Assembly: GCA_026026165.1 (NCBI GenBank)
Contig: JAPEUD010000061.1
Span: 1-64,000, forward strand
From: Sarea resinae
Taxonomy: Eukaryota
Length of the DNA stretch: 64,000 bases
Direction: 5' to 3'
The translations under genes were made by a program, and so were the position numbers. Under the pieces are notes generated by a model, which was not told where the DNA came from, ran no database searches, and saw only the letters and a list, made by a program, of their open reading frames with translations. Every line of letters begins with the position of its first letter. The stretch's first letter is position 1. Below are positions 39,130 to 51,367 of the stretch, piece by piece.

Positions 39130-40351
39130 TCAAATTCTCGCCGCGGCCTAAGCCAAAACAAAGTGTGCTAGATATGGATAGGGTCGAGTAGACAATGCAA
39201 GAATTAGGCAAAGAGGAGTTAGGGCAGAGAAAACTAGCAAGCTATAAAGGAGAGCTGAACTTACGTCTCTAGGATTAGCAGGTAGGCCTGAGAGGGCGAC
39301 CAGGTTCAGCGGTGGTGCAGCGGGCCGCTTTCCCCACAACTCCTTCGTAACTGTGACCAGCTCCTTAAAAGGCGCCTTTGTTCCGACCCATTCTACAAAG
39401 GATCTGACTTTCCAGACAAACAGATCAAACTAAATTTAGCACGTTAGCTGTACTCTTTCTTAAGGCAGGACTTTTCTGCTATCTGAATAGAAATAGATGC
39501 CTTACCAACAAGAAGAGCCTTTCGAGTATGGCCCTTAGCGGCCTACGGCTAACGATCACAAAAAACCATACTTCCACGGCTAGGGACCCAATTAGGAAGG
39601 CTATCAATTGAACAAAGGGCCAACCTACAAGGTCCTTATGCCCCTGAGCGTTCCCCCAAGCTACGTTAGCTTTTCCGACCCCTAATCTTAATTCAGCGTT
39701 GCTGAGTACATACTTGGCCGGCAGAAACACCCTTTGCAAAACGGCCCTTATCGGCCTGCGGCCCACAATGGTGTAACACCAGACTTCGAAGGCTAGAGAC
39801 CCAACGAGGAACGCCATTAACTGAACAAATGGCCAGTCGATAATGCCCTGAGCGTTCCCCCAAACTACGTTAGCTTTCCCGACCCCTAATCTTGGTTCAG
39901 CGTTGCTGAGTACATACTTGGGAGGCACAAGGCGCGGTTCCATAGGCCGGGGCAGTGCCGTTGACGGGGACGGGAGCCATTGTGGGAGAGCTGGGGGAGG
40001 GTGGGAGCCTGTTGTTGATGTTGCTCTTGTGGTTATTGCTGCTGCTTTTGCGGTTGCGGTTGCGGTTGCGGTTGCGGTTGCAATTGCAGTCGAGGCTGTA
40101 GATGTGGATGATGATGATGATGATGATGATGATGGGGATGATGGGGATGATGAGAATAGAAATGGGAATGGGGATGGGGATGACAGAACAATCACTGAAT
40201 CAAAAGGTTTCTTGTCTTTCACCACTTCATCGAAAGCCCTTGTATGGACCAGAAGCTACTCAGCTCAAACCTATACTGCTTCCCTATATCTAGCTCGTGC
40301 CTATAGATCGCCGTCAGTAGATACTTATTAGAGATGTGAGACTGCCGACAT
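39130..40351 (-). pseudogene. Orphan membrane-protein gene with an internal tandem duplication; 5' end disrupted or unresolved
   Basis: Clean in-frame introns at 39430-39505 and 39148-39264 extend ORF 39479-40225 to a TGA at 39130. The nearest upstream in-frame ATG (40351) is separated from the ORF by six stops. Confidence 0.5.
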
Positions 40352-43300
40352 AGTGAGGGAGCAGTAGAGGTCGCGAAGAACGTGTTTCAGAGGAAGGATA
40401 GGATAAAGGAGTAGAGTGGAGTGTATGATAGCAGAGAAGATGCTGAAAATCAGGCCAAAAGGGTAGCGCCCCCCCAAAGGACTTGCTCTCAATTCGTCTA
40501 CATATTGTATTTCGACAGAAGATGTAATAATCAAGAATCGATCAGAATCAGTCAACTTGATAGTAATGACACCGATACTGAGGAATCCTTGATAGTTCAA
40601 GAAAAGGAAAGGGAAAAGGAAAGTCCGAGGTAGAAAAAGTGCTGATATAGAGGGGTCAACAGGTTGACAGTGAATATGATAGAACAGTCAATATTGATAG
40701 AACAGTGAATATGATTGAATCTACAGAGTACAAAAGAACGGTCCTACGATTCATAGCACTAATAATCCCACGCCACATCAAGCAGATCATTGAATTGAAC
40801 AGTGGCAACGAGTACGAAGAAGGCCAATTGCTTGCTCAGCTTGCGGGGTCATCGGCGAGAAGGGAGGAACAGGCCTAGGAGGAGGAGGAGGAGGAGGAGG
40901 AGCGAAGCCACCGACCACACAGAGGACTAGAGAGGTCGAAGCATTTCTCGCTTTTCTCGCATCTCAGATTCATCGTACTTATAATCAGTATCGCAGTAGG
41001 GGTATTTTTTGCTTCAAAGGCAGTATTCAGTACGTCCAATGTGCAGTAGAGTAGGAAGGTAAGTAGGCGGTAAGGTAGTGCAGGACTGATGTGAGGCGGA
41101 GGAGTGCTCCGAGTACCTAGTAGGGGCGGTAGGTAGGGTAGGTATTTCGTACCTTGGGGATCACAATCTCCGTTATCGTGAAGCGGATGCGCGAGGAAGG
41201 GAAGGGAAGAGGCTCCGTTATTGGTATCTACGCTGTACGGTATGCATGTCTATCTTGCATCCGACCCGGGGATACTGTACTATTGCTTCTACACGTATGA
41301 TCACGATGATGGAATGGATGTTGGGGCCGTGGCCGGGGCCGGGGGGATGATAAGCCTCAACACATGCTCTGATTCAATTCAATCGAGCCATCAATTACCC
41401 CCGTCCGTCGTGCATTGCATCCAATATCGTGACTGTGATTGCGACTGCCTGTTGGGACGAAGAATCGTATGGTATGGAGAGGTTGGCTGGCGAGTGTTTG
41501 GATTCCAGTTGGCCCGCAAATTGGACTACGTAGGTACCTGGGTTTCAATGCTCACTCTCTCTCTCTCTCCACACGTGCGCATGCACGGCGTGCGGAGAAG
41601 GCTGGACTAACAGCAGCGTTTCGGCTTGCTGGCTTTGACCGCCTTTCAGGGATCGCCTACTTGATTCCGGGGGGGAGGGGCGCACGACAGGCAGCGCGGG
41701 ATGAGATGGCGGGGTGGGGGGAGAAGGGAAGAGGGGGAGGGGGGAGGGAGAAGATGTGGTGTGAAATGGGATACTTTTCTGTGGAATTGATGGTTGCGGA
41801 ACGGGGGTGTGTTCGTTTGCGGACCGCCGTGTCTGCAGTGGTTGCCGTGCTGGGTGGAGGTGGCGGGGCGGCGGTGCCACGAATGGATCGAGGTGCATTC
41901 CTCAGGCTCCCTCGCACATGGAGACGAGGTCTCTATCGAACTTGGAAGGGTGCGAGCTGAGTGTTGTGTGTGTGTGCGTGTGTGATGGCGATGGCACCCA
42001 TAAGGTACGGTGAAGTAGAGATGGGCACATCCCATCCATGGATCCGTCCATCTGAGACATTTCTGTACGTACCCCAACCATGATTCCCCGACTTGGCCCC
42101 CATACATATCCCGTATCTCCCTTTTGGAGATTCTGCCACCTCGAACAATGAAAAATAACCTAATTATGAGGTACGAAGTACGGAGTAGCCATTCTCCAGC
42201 TGTCACCGTCACCGTCACCGTCATCATCATCATCATACGAGTCGAGCGAGGCAGCCCCCCTGCAAGTAAGCTAAGGAGGCCATCATCGATGTCTCGGTAG
42301 CGCCGAGCTGAGGCAAAGGCGACGTGAGATCAATGCCGTCTAAGACGACGGATGTGGACGAAGAATGAAGCAGAAGGGGATCGACAGTGCACTTGCTTTA
42401 GTGCTGCTTGCTGCTGCTCCTTGCTGCTGTCTGCTGCTGCGAGGAGGAGAGGAGGACGATGGAAGAGAAGCGATTCGTGCGCGGAGGCCGGAGCAGGTCA
42501 CTATTCTCCTCTACTCTCCTCGACTCTCCTCGACTCTCCTCTAGAGCCTGGCTCGGCGTCATGATGGGACGCCGAGGAAGGGGAATCCTAGTTGAGATAT
42601 TACTCGTTCCGGCAAGGATGCGCTGGCGTCGACGTCTCGATGTCGCTCTAAATCATAAATCGCTCGACCGTGTCGCTAGTGAAGTCGCGCGAGCATGTAC
42701 GAAGTATGGAGTACTCGCAGTATCTCCATTGATCGCCATTCATGCAATCCAGAACGCCTTGGATAAGAAGAGTATGAAGTACTACTACATACATACTCCG
42801 TAGTTGGTACTCGAGTATTCCTCATCCTCGTACTCCAGTAACGCTATTCGCATCCGTCCATCTCCATCCATACATGATACGAGTACCCCTTCTCCATCAT
42901 ATCATTGATGGATCTCTCCTCCGTAGAATGACGATAGACATAGTATGAGCTTCCATTTGATCCGTCTCGAGGAACCAACCCATTGACGGCCGGCCCAAGG
43001 GCATCATTGTCCATCATTGTCCATCGCAGAACTCCAGCTCGTGCTACTCATACTCGTCCTGCTGCAGCGTCGCCCATGTCTTCATTCGTGCCAACGGTTA
43101 CATTACGTTGAACCTGGTCGGAGCGGTACGCATGAACCTACGTACTTCGTCCATTTGGAGATGGCCGACTGGAGACACGACGACGCTCTAACTTCGTACA
43201 GTCTTTCCCTCTTCGCAGCTTCCAAACCACGCTGCACCCAGACTTCCTTTGCCATTCGCTCTCGGCTCCATTCACGATGCTAGAGCCTTGAAGATTGGCA

Positions 43301-44105
43301 TCCAGGCCTGCGGAGATCCATCAGATCCATCGGATCCATCGAATCCATCTGCCTGCTCGTGCTACTTACTAAGGTAGGTAGTCGTGGTACTCTAGCACGA
43401 CTACGGAGAAGCACCTTCTGTGAAATCCAATCCATCTACCTCGAACGCCCTCATCTCATCTACCAACCTGAACCTACTACGACCATCTAATATTACCACC
43501 GCCCGACCTGACAACCACATCGAAGTGCGACTGCACGACGAACTAGGCTTAATGCCCGCCTCCAAGGCCCAAAGAGTGTAGATTCCAGTAAGTTCGGCAT
43601 TCAATCGAAAAGGTAAAATGTGCATCTATTCCTCTCGTCCTCATGCCACACCCCCATCTACGAGGCGTTAAGCTTACCGCTTAGCCGTCCGAGGAACAGC
43701 TCGTTTTGCTCGTTTACGCGGCTGAACCTTAGCCTCTGCGACACTGCCAATCCCACCACTACAGCACAACGAATAGCCTGCAGAGACATCGTCCTCTGGC
43801 CTTCTAGCCCGAACCGTCTCTTCGCGCACTGATGAACTTTGTTTCTTTGTGCCCTGTTTATCGACAAACCTCTTTGCATCTGCATCTGCATCGCCAGTCT
43901 TGAAAGCGATTGAAGCAAATCCTCTACTTATTTGACACCGACGAAAGTCCTTTCTCACTTTCCTCCAGATCCATATACCGGTAATCAGCGGCTTGTTTCA
44001 TCGTTGGGAAAGAAAAAAAGGCACGAAGCCGCCCGAGCGGCTCCAATCACGCCTCTGTTCTCCTCTTTTCTTCACCTTGATTGATCGCTCCCACATTCCA
44101 TCATC

Positions 44106-45209
44106 ATGGTCGACTTTCGAGCACCAGCTGCATACCAATTCCCTCAGAGGAAACCCGTTCCGATGAATGACGGTAGCAATGCGAAACTACAACCTCTGAC
44201 ACGGATCCAACCCGACTCGCAACTTCCCGCTGGACCTCGCACCTTGCAGAACCCTCATCATCATGCCCGAGCTCCCTCGTCATCTGGATACTCACAAAAT
44301 CCACCTTTCCCCGCTCCCGTACAGGCGGCCGTATACCAGAATGCGATGAATCAGCATTACGCTGCTCGTCGGACACCTTCCAATGCTACGGCTTCCACGT
44401 CGACTTCAGGTACAGGTGGTGGCCTGGTGCCTGTGCGCACAAATTCTTCCACTTCTGGCGAGATACGAAGATCTACCTCGTCCCGCTCTGCCGGTTCGCC
44501 CAGCGGCTACGTGGCGCTTATGCGTAAACAAAAGGCAACGGTCTGGTGCGATCGTGCTCAGCATGAAGATCCAAGGATATTGGCGCAACAGAAGGCAGCC
44601 AAGATGCGAGCAGCCATGGAGGTGATCGGACGAGGAGCCACGACTGGTGGTCGGACATCGACAAGTGGTTCGGGAGGTATGATGGGAGGCGGTGTCGTAC
44701 GGTCGAAGATCAGGCATCACGGTGCTCAAAAAGCAGTCGGTTACACCCCAGCAAATCTTGCCGGCGGTGGAGTTCCAATGCGACTTAGTGCCAGTGAGGT
44801 CGGCGACGAAGGAAACAGTGACGGCGAAGGTAGCCCACACTCAGGCCGGTTCCATCAGCGAACCGGAAGCGGAAAGAGCTCTCTGGGTTCGGGTCGACGG
44901 CACACGGGGATGAGTCTTCGGCCCATCAATTCAGCCCCAGGCGCCAGATTCAGTCAGGGAAGCAGCCCGGGGGAGACCGTGGCCGAGCTGGCGGAGACGC
45001 CCGCCACGGAAGCAGAGAGAGCAGGAGGCGATTACTTCGGCGAGGAAACCAGCAGGACTGGTCTTTCGGGAAGTAGTGGCAGTTCTGGGGCGAAGGTGCA
45101 GGAGGCTAAGGACCCCGAAGAGCTGCGCAGAAGAGGAAGTGTCGATGACAGGACGATGACCATGAGTGGAGTCCGTCTGTTTGTTGCCAATCCTGACCTC
45201 AGCGATTGA
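44106..45209 (+). CDS. Conserved fungal hypothetical protein (disordered, S/G/R-rich)
   Basis: 367-aa intronless ORF with YVALMRKQKATVWCDRAQ and terminal RLFVANPD blocks, recalled from other Pezizomycotina hypothetical proteins. Confidence 0.8.
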   Translation: MVDFRAPAAYQFPQRKPVPMNDGSNAKLQPLTRIQPDSQLPAGPRTLQNPHHHARAPSSSGYSQNPPFPAPVQAAVYQNAMNQHYAARRTPSNATASTSTSGTGGGLVPVRTNSSTSGEIRRSTSSRSAGSPSGYVALMRKQKATVWCDRAQHEDPRILAQQKAAKMRAAMEVIGRGATTGGRTSTSGSGGMMGGGVVRSKIRHHGAQKAVGYTPANLAGGGVPMRLSASEVGDEGNSDGEGSPHSGRFHQRTGSGKSSLGSGRRHTGMSLRPINSAPGARFSQGSSPGETVAELAETPATEAERAGGDYFGEETSRTGLSGSSGSSGAKVQEAKDPEELRRRGSVDDRTMTMSGVRLFVANPDLSD

Positions 45210-46087
45210 ACGGGATCTAGTTCTAGAAATACACAAGGCACATGGGATCGACGTGCTTGACCGCCCGGGCACAGGCACCTTCTGAGATCGAACAGCCGCA
45301 GCCGCAGCAACAGATCTGCCGTCCTCGGACCGTGGAGAGATCTTCCCTGAACGCACACTGTGGCGTCCGTACTCGCCATCTCCCCTCATCCCGTTTCGAT
45401 TTCGAGACCCAGATGCATACGACTACGGCTACAGCTCCAACAACATAATCATGTACATACACAAATGAAGAAGTACGGCGATGGAATGCATATATGCAGC
45501 AAGATCTGCAGTATGCGGAGCAGGATAGCGAGCGATTTGACAACTCGCGGTAGATTAAGCGCATATCATCAATTAATCATAATCACACTGTCATTTATGA
45601 TTCGTTTTTCAGTGGGACTTTATGGAATCTCAATGACAGCGGCGGTGCCAGTGTGGTCGTGGCCCATGGTGCTGATCCATACAACAAACACTGCAGGAAC
45701 CATGCGAATGCCGTAACGATGGTAAATTCGCGGGGCTCTTTGCCGATTCATGCTCCAACTTAACACAGCAGAGCCTCTATCGAAATAGGGGCGCAACTAC
45801 GTAGCTGGCAAGTGCTCTGGGGATTATGAATTGCAATCTAACACCTTACGTACCTATATGTGAATGATCTCGTGAATATAAATGACTGGCCCACCATTTT
45901 TCCCGAGCATGGACGGTGTGGTCTTCACGTCCTGAGTCCTTTGTGGCAGTATTGCGCGTCCATTGAGATTTATAAATATCTGCAGACGCTTTTGAAATCC
46001 AAGAGCTGGGCGGAAAGGGAAAAGCGGCGGGCATATTGACGATCACTTGCAGTCAACCAAGCGAGCGGAGCGGCGGCGGCGACTGCC

Positions 46088-46121
46088 TCGCGTGCCTGAA
46101 ACGCGATCCCACTTTACGCGT
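46088..46121. promoter_or_regulatory. MCB-like cluster (TCGCGT, ACGCGA, ACGCGT) upstream of CAF-1A
   Basis: Three CGCG-core elements within 34 bp, 150-180 bp before the ATG. Confidence 0.55.
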
Positions 46122-46268
46122 CTCACTACACTGCACCCCATCGACGTATACAGACACTTTTGTTCACCGAGATCAGCTTGTCAATGAGATCACGACCTTT
46201 CTCTGTGGCAATTGGCATTAATTTGCAATCATCACGGCGTATATGATTGTTCTGCTTCTACAGCAGCT

Positions 46269-48547
46269 ATGAGCACATCGCCCCATCCTCCACGGTCGAG
46301 ATCCCCAAACAGTCGAAAGCGATCGCTGCCTGATGGAGAACTCGACGGCGCCGACGACGCTGGCCGAGGCAGTCCGGTGCCCTCTACCATCAACAACTTA
46401 ACATCTCCGGCTTTGGTTCAGGATCGAGACTCAAAATCATCGAGCCTGACGTCGATCAGCCTCTCACGGTCAACGTCGCCTGCGTCTACCAACGGTGGGC
46501 CTACAGATGGCGTCGCTACAGATGCAAATGGCATGGGTACATCGTCATTGGGCGGCTTGGCTCCGGCAACCAAGAGGAGGAAGTTGACGTTTGCTGAGAA
46601 GGAGGAGAAGAGGCTAGAGAAGGAAATCCGAGATATGGAAAAGGCTGAGCTCAAAGCTAAGAAGGACGAGGAGAAGAGGCTTAAGGAAGAGGAGAAGCGT
46701 AAAAAGGAGGACGAACGCGAAGAAGAGAAACGGAGGAGGGAGGAGGAGAAAGAGGAGAAGAAGAAGGCTAGAGAAGAGGACAAGAGGAAGAAGGAAGAGG
46801 AAAAAAGAGCCAAGGAGCTGGAGAAGCAAAAGAGGGAAGAAGAGAAAGCTAAGAAGGACAAGGTAAGACTCCCAGAACGTGAAATTTCGACGCTCTCTGA
46901 CAATGACTTAGTCGCAATTGCGCTTGAACTCCTTTTTCAAGATACCGGCAATAAATAATAGAGCCAGTACAACCCCCGACAGATCTACAGAAGATGGTGG
47001 AAAGGGCGCCGAAGCAAGCCAGGAGACGGCGTCAATTGATGGCGCTCCAGTGGACTCACTTTCGAAGTCATCATCTCCTCAGAAGTCCCAATCCGACTAC
47101 AAAAGATCATTCCATCCTTTCTTCGCACATGTCAATACCACAGTTGCACCCTACAACCGATTTAGTAGAGACGAAGAAGCTTTGTCGTTTCTACAAGAAA
47201 AGATCGACAAATGTTTACGCGGCGAACATGCTTCACAAATCTGCACCAAGACTCCTTTCGACGTGCAAGAATTGTTAAACATCCCTCCTCATAAAAGACG
47301 ACGACGGCGTCAAGGCCGGTTGATACAGTCCACACGGGAGATCATCTCTCGACTTCACGGATCAGTGGAACATCCAATCGACCTAACGGATAGGCCCACG
47401 GGACAACCATCACAGCATCCCACTGATCTACTGAAAACCTTGCCTATAAAGTATCTGCGCTTTGCCGAAGACGTCCGTCCGCCATATAGGGGAACTTTCA
47501 CGAGGATGCCACCAGAAAAATCGGCGCTGTGCCGTGGAAGGAATCCCTTCAGTCGAGCACTTCCGATGATCAATTACGATTACGACTCCGAGGCAGAATG
47601 GGAGGAGCCTGAAGAAGGAGAGGACCTGGACTCGGAAGGGGAGGAAGAACAAAGTGATGATGATGGCGAGGAGATGGAAGGATTTCTCGATGATGAAGAG
47701 GCATGTGATGGTGTAGCTGCAGCTCACAAAAGAAAGGGCGTCGTCGAGGATCTGGAACCTGTATCAAGCGGTCTTTGCTGGGAGGACGTCAATGGAAATA
47801 TCTCGCAAGTTGGGACGAAGTTTTCGATGCAAAACTACAAACTCGAAGTCATCCTAGGTACGTAATGTGGATAGCCTGAACCTTTTGATTTCTCTGCTTA
47901 CACCTGAGCCTCATAGACACCGTCAAGACATCCATCGACCCCTTTTCAACCTCCTATTGGCAGAAACCGGTCCCGGCAACCCCGACCGCGAATCAAAGCC
48001 TCCGCAGTACTAATAACCTTGCCGGCTCGAACAGTGGTACGATGGATCCACCACGATTGCCCCTCCACGCGGTCAATCGCACAAACGCCAGCATCAGCCC
48101 TCCTTTTGGCAACCCGCAGCTCGATCTGAGTGGCGGCGGAAAAACACCCGCTGTCGCTTTTTCGAACGAGCTTAACTCGAAGCTACCCAAGCCAGGCAAA
48201 CGCATGGTTGCGCCTAGCGATATGGCGGAATTTAAGCAAGCGGTCCAGGGCAGCGACCTTACTAAAGCGGGGTTGGTCGAGGTGCTCAAGAAGAGGTATA
48301 TATTGTCACATCTCCTCTCATCTAAGTTCTTGTCTCCTGGATGACTGTTGGGTTAGGAGCCCATAGTCACTAGTTGAGATCATTTCTACTTGCTACTCTT
48401 GTTCCTTTTCCTCTGCCTTTTTACTGATCAAGTTTGCCAAACAGATTCCCGAGAATATCCAAGGATGCTATTAAAGATACGCTTGGGATTATTGCTCAGC
48501 GCGTTGGGGATAAGGAGGTCGAGAAGAGATGGGTCATCCTGGAATGA
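46269..48547 (+). CDS. RLF2: Chromatin assembly factor 1 subunit A (Cac1/Rlf2); 4 exons
   Basis: KER charged helix, PIP box QLRLNSFF, FAEDVRPPYRGT, NYDYDSEAEWEE, acidic tract and C-terminal winged-helix ending EKRWVILE. Confidence 0.93.
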
Positions 48548-50167
48548 TTGATTGAGATTGTTCGATTCATCTTCATCTATGGTTTTATCAGCTAGAAGGC
48601 ATCTCTAACGGTTGAATCTCTTCTTCCACTTTACGTGCTTCCCCGATCGATGAGGAAACGATTCTCTTTGTCTTCAGATGGGCAACGGGAGTCGGCTGCG
48701 CTTGCTCAAAGTGCTATCTCTCTACCATCATTGGCGACGCATGCAAATTTCCCAATTCGGGAACCCCTTTTCCCTTTCCTTTTCTAGCACTGGCTGTAGC
48801 CATAAGCGTTTATGCTTTCTTTTTTTCCCTCGGCCTTCAGCTTTATTCACCATTTTTTTCATTGCAGTCTTGAGTACGGCGTTCGCTCTAGATATCACAC
48901 TTTTCAAATTTACTTTGCCTGAGAGCTATCATCATCTTCACTCTATCTTCACCACTCCTTGCTGCGGCGTAGAAAGAACCGAATGCGAAAACATCCTCAA
49001 GGATTTATCCCGAGCCTGGAGCATTACTACGTATGTACATTCACGCCATATTTTGGCCAAGGTAACTCTATCCCTATATCCAGCATCGACATCGGATGAC
49101 TGTCAGTTCTGCTCTTCCTCGCTCCCTCCATCCCTTCCGTAATCGGCTGAGTCGATAAACGCTGGTGAGAATCAATGACTTGGGCTAATACTTTCCCTCG
49201 CTTGCTTTTTTATAGAACTAAGCCATAATCGGTGTGATGGCTTCTGGCTTGAGAGTATCAGACCTGCGACTCTTGCGTCTTGAAGACACTAGGCGCGCTT
49301 AAGGCTGGATTTATCCGCCTTCAAGGCTCACTCCGTTGCTCGGGATCTGGAGGAAAATGTTTCCACAATCCTGGGTTGGTGGTCCAGATTTGAATTAATG
49401 GTATGGATCAAATGTATAGGAGACGGATTCTTTGGATTTGGGAGGGTGCCAATTTAAAAAGAGACTTGAAATGGGTTTCATTTGATAGAGAACAGGCGGA
49501 AAGGGAGATGCGCGAGGTCGTTTGCACGCGTAAGGATAAATGAGATTCTTCGGGTCTGGTGCTGCAAATCGAGTCTGCGCACTCTCCTGCCCTAGTCGGT
49601 AAGTTCGATATGTGATTTAGGGGCGTTGAGCATACAGATGTCAGCTATCGAACACGACATGCACATAATCTTCTAACATTTTGCGTGGTTTTAACACACA
49701 GATTTGGAATTACAAGACCCGCCTGTTGATAATCGATGGACTTGGCATCTACGAATCTCTCGAACTGCTGACGTCCTGCCATGCAAACAATGCTTTTTTG
49801 TGAGTTGGAAGCCTTCCGTTCCATACATCCCACAAGCTCTAACCACCTTGTGATGTTGGTGTCTTTTGGCCTCCAAAGAATGCATATCTTGACCTATCAG
49901 GCAATCCTACTTAGGTTGCAGGTCGCAATGCAGTTAGATTTACTCTATGACTGCCTTTTCAGGTTAGCCGATACGCGGACCATACCCCACTAATGCTGCT
50001 GCGTATCATCTGGCCGAGCCATACAGCCACAGCTCAAACAGCGCTGATTATCACAAGCCGTTTCTCGTCGGTGATATATTCCTTGTCCCTATTCATCTAA
50101 AAGCAACCTAAAAGTAACGGTCTCTAAGATTGAATCTTCAAAAACTGTGTCTTGTCTGACCTCTGAA

Positions 50168-51148
50168 ATGGACAACTCTCCCTATATACGACCGCCAACA
50201 CCACAAGCACTACTCCACCGCGCACCTAAGAAACCAGATACCGCCGAGACCGCCCTTACCAGACCCAGTAAATACATTATTCTCCTCCTGGCGCCAACCT
50301 CCGTTGCCGGAAAGGTCCAAATAGCCACCTCAGTCTCAAAATCTCTTTCCTGTCCCATATTCCAGGGTGACAGTTTGCACGAGAGTAGTGCCAAAGCCGC
50401 AGCTGTGGGCGCGAGTCGAAGCGGCGATGGTGGAAGGGGAAGATATCAGAGGATGTGGTTGAGTAAGATGACACGAACAGGTCTGCTCTTCCCGGAGGAA
50501 TCGAGACCTGCGAATGAAGGATTCTCTGGTTTCGGCGGTGTATCATCTTCGACATCAACAAGCCGGAGGGGATCAGGATCGTCAGTCTCAAGCACGACTT
50601 CTTTTGGTGTTGGTTCTACGGCTGGGTCCACAGCATCCTCTACTGTTGATGTCGGGGATCAATTCATGGCTTTTGGCGGTATCCTCAGCACAAGTCAATA
50701 TATCAACCAGCCCGTTTTCACAGTCACTGAGGAAGAAAGACGCCGTAAATCGAATCCTGCCTTGATGGTCTTGACGCATCCGGAGCTGGAGGCGTGGCAC
50801 AAAGACGCCATTGGTAAGGCTACAGGAGAATATGGTATCGGCATCATTTTTGTGCCTTTGTTCAAGATTGATGCCGAGCACGCCGACTCATCAGAGCAAA
50901 ATGGAGAGGATGAATTGCCAGTGCTGAGACCATTAGATCCGAGGACAATAAGTGCATTCACGAGTTTCGATGCGCTCAGAGCTGCTGCAGGGGGGGTAGA
51001 TGGTGGAGCGAAGTTGAAGTATGGGAAGGGCAAGAAAGGCAATCTGGAGGAGGAGATGGTGTTGGAGGTTGATGTGGGAGGTAGTGTCGAGGATATTATT
51101 GAGGAAGTTGTAAGAGGCGTTGGAGATGTGATGGATGTTTGTTTGTGA
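50168..51148 (+). CDS. Hypothetical protein with degenerate gluconokinase-like P-loop N-terminus
   Basis: KYIILLLAPTSVAGKVQIATSVSKSLSCPIFQGDSLH resembles the GntK GxxGxGKS...EGDxxH pattern; intronless. Confidence 0.7.
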   Translation: MDNSPYIRPPTPQALLHRAPKKPDTAETALTRPSKYIILLLAPTSVAGKVQIATSVSKSLSCPIFQGDSLHESSAKAAAVGASRSGDGGRGRYQRMWLSKMTRTGLLFPEESRPANEGFSGFGGVSSSTSTSRRGSGSSVSSTTSFGVGSTAGSTASSTVDVGDQFMAFGGILSTSQYINQPVFTVTEEERRRKSNPALMVLTHPELEAWHKDAIGKATGEYGIGIIFVPLFKIDAEHADSSEQNGEDELPVLRPLDPRTISAFTSFDALRAAAGGVDGGAKLKYGKGKKGNLEEEMVLEVDVGGSVEDIIEEVVRGVGDVMDVCL

Positions 51149-51367
51149 ACGACGAAGATCATAGTAGTACTTTGGACATGTATCGAAGAACTTGAGTACA
51201 GATCTCCGAGATGCTCGATCCTCCCGCGGTCGGAAAAGCTTCGGACCTTTCCAATTAGTAATGCGCCCGCCTTTCAACGCGATCTTCCGCGATCTTTTCT
51301 GCCCGCCGTCGCCCGCGTTCCTGCCACAACAGTTAATTTATGGGCTGGACGTGAATTACGATCGCGC

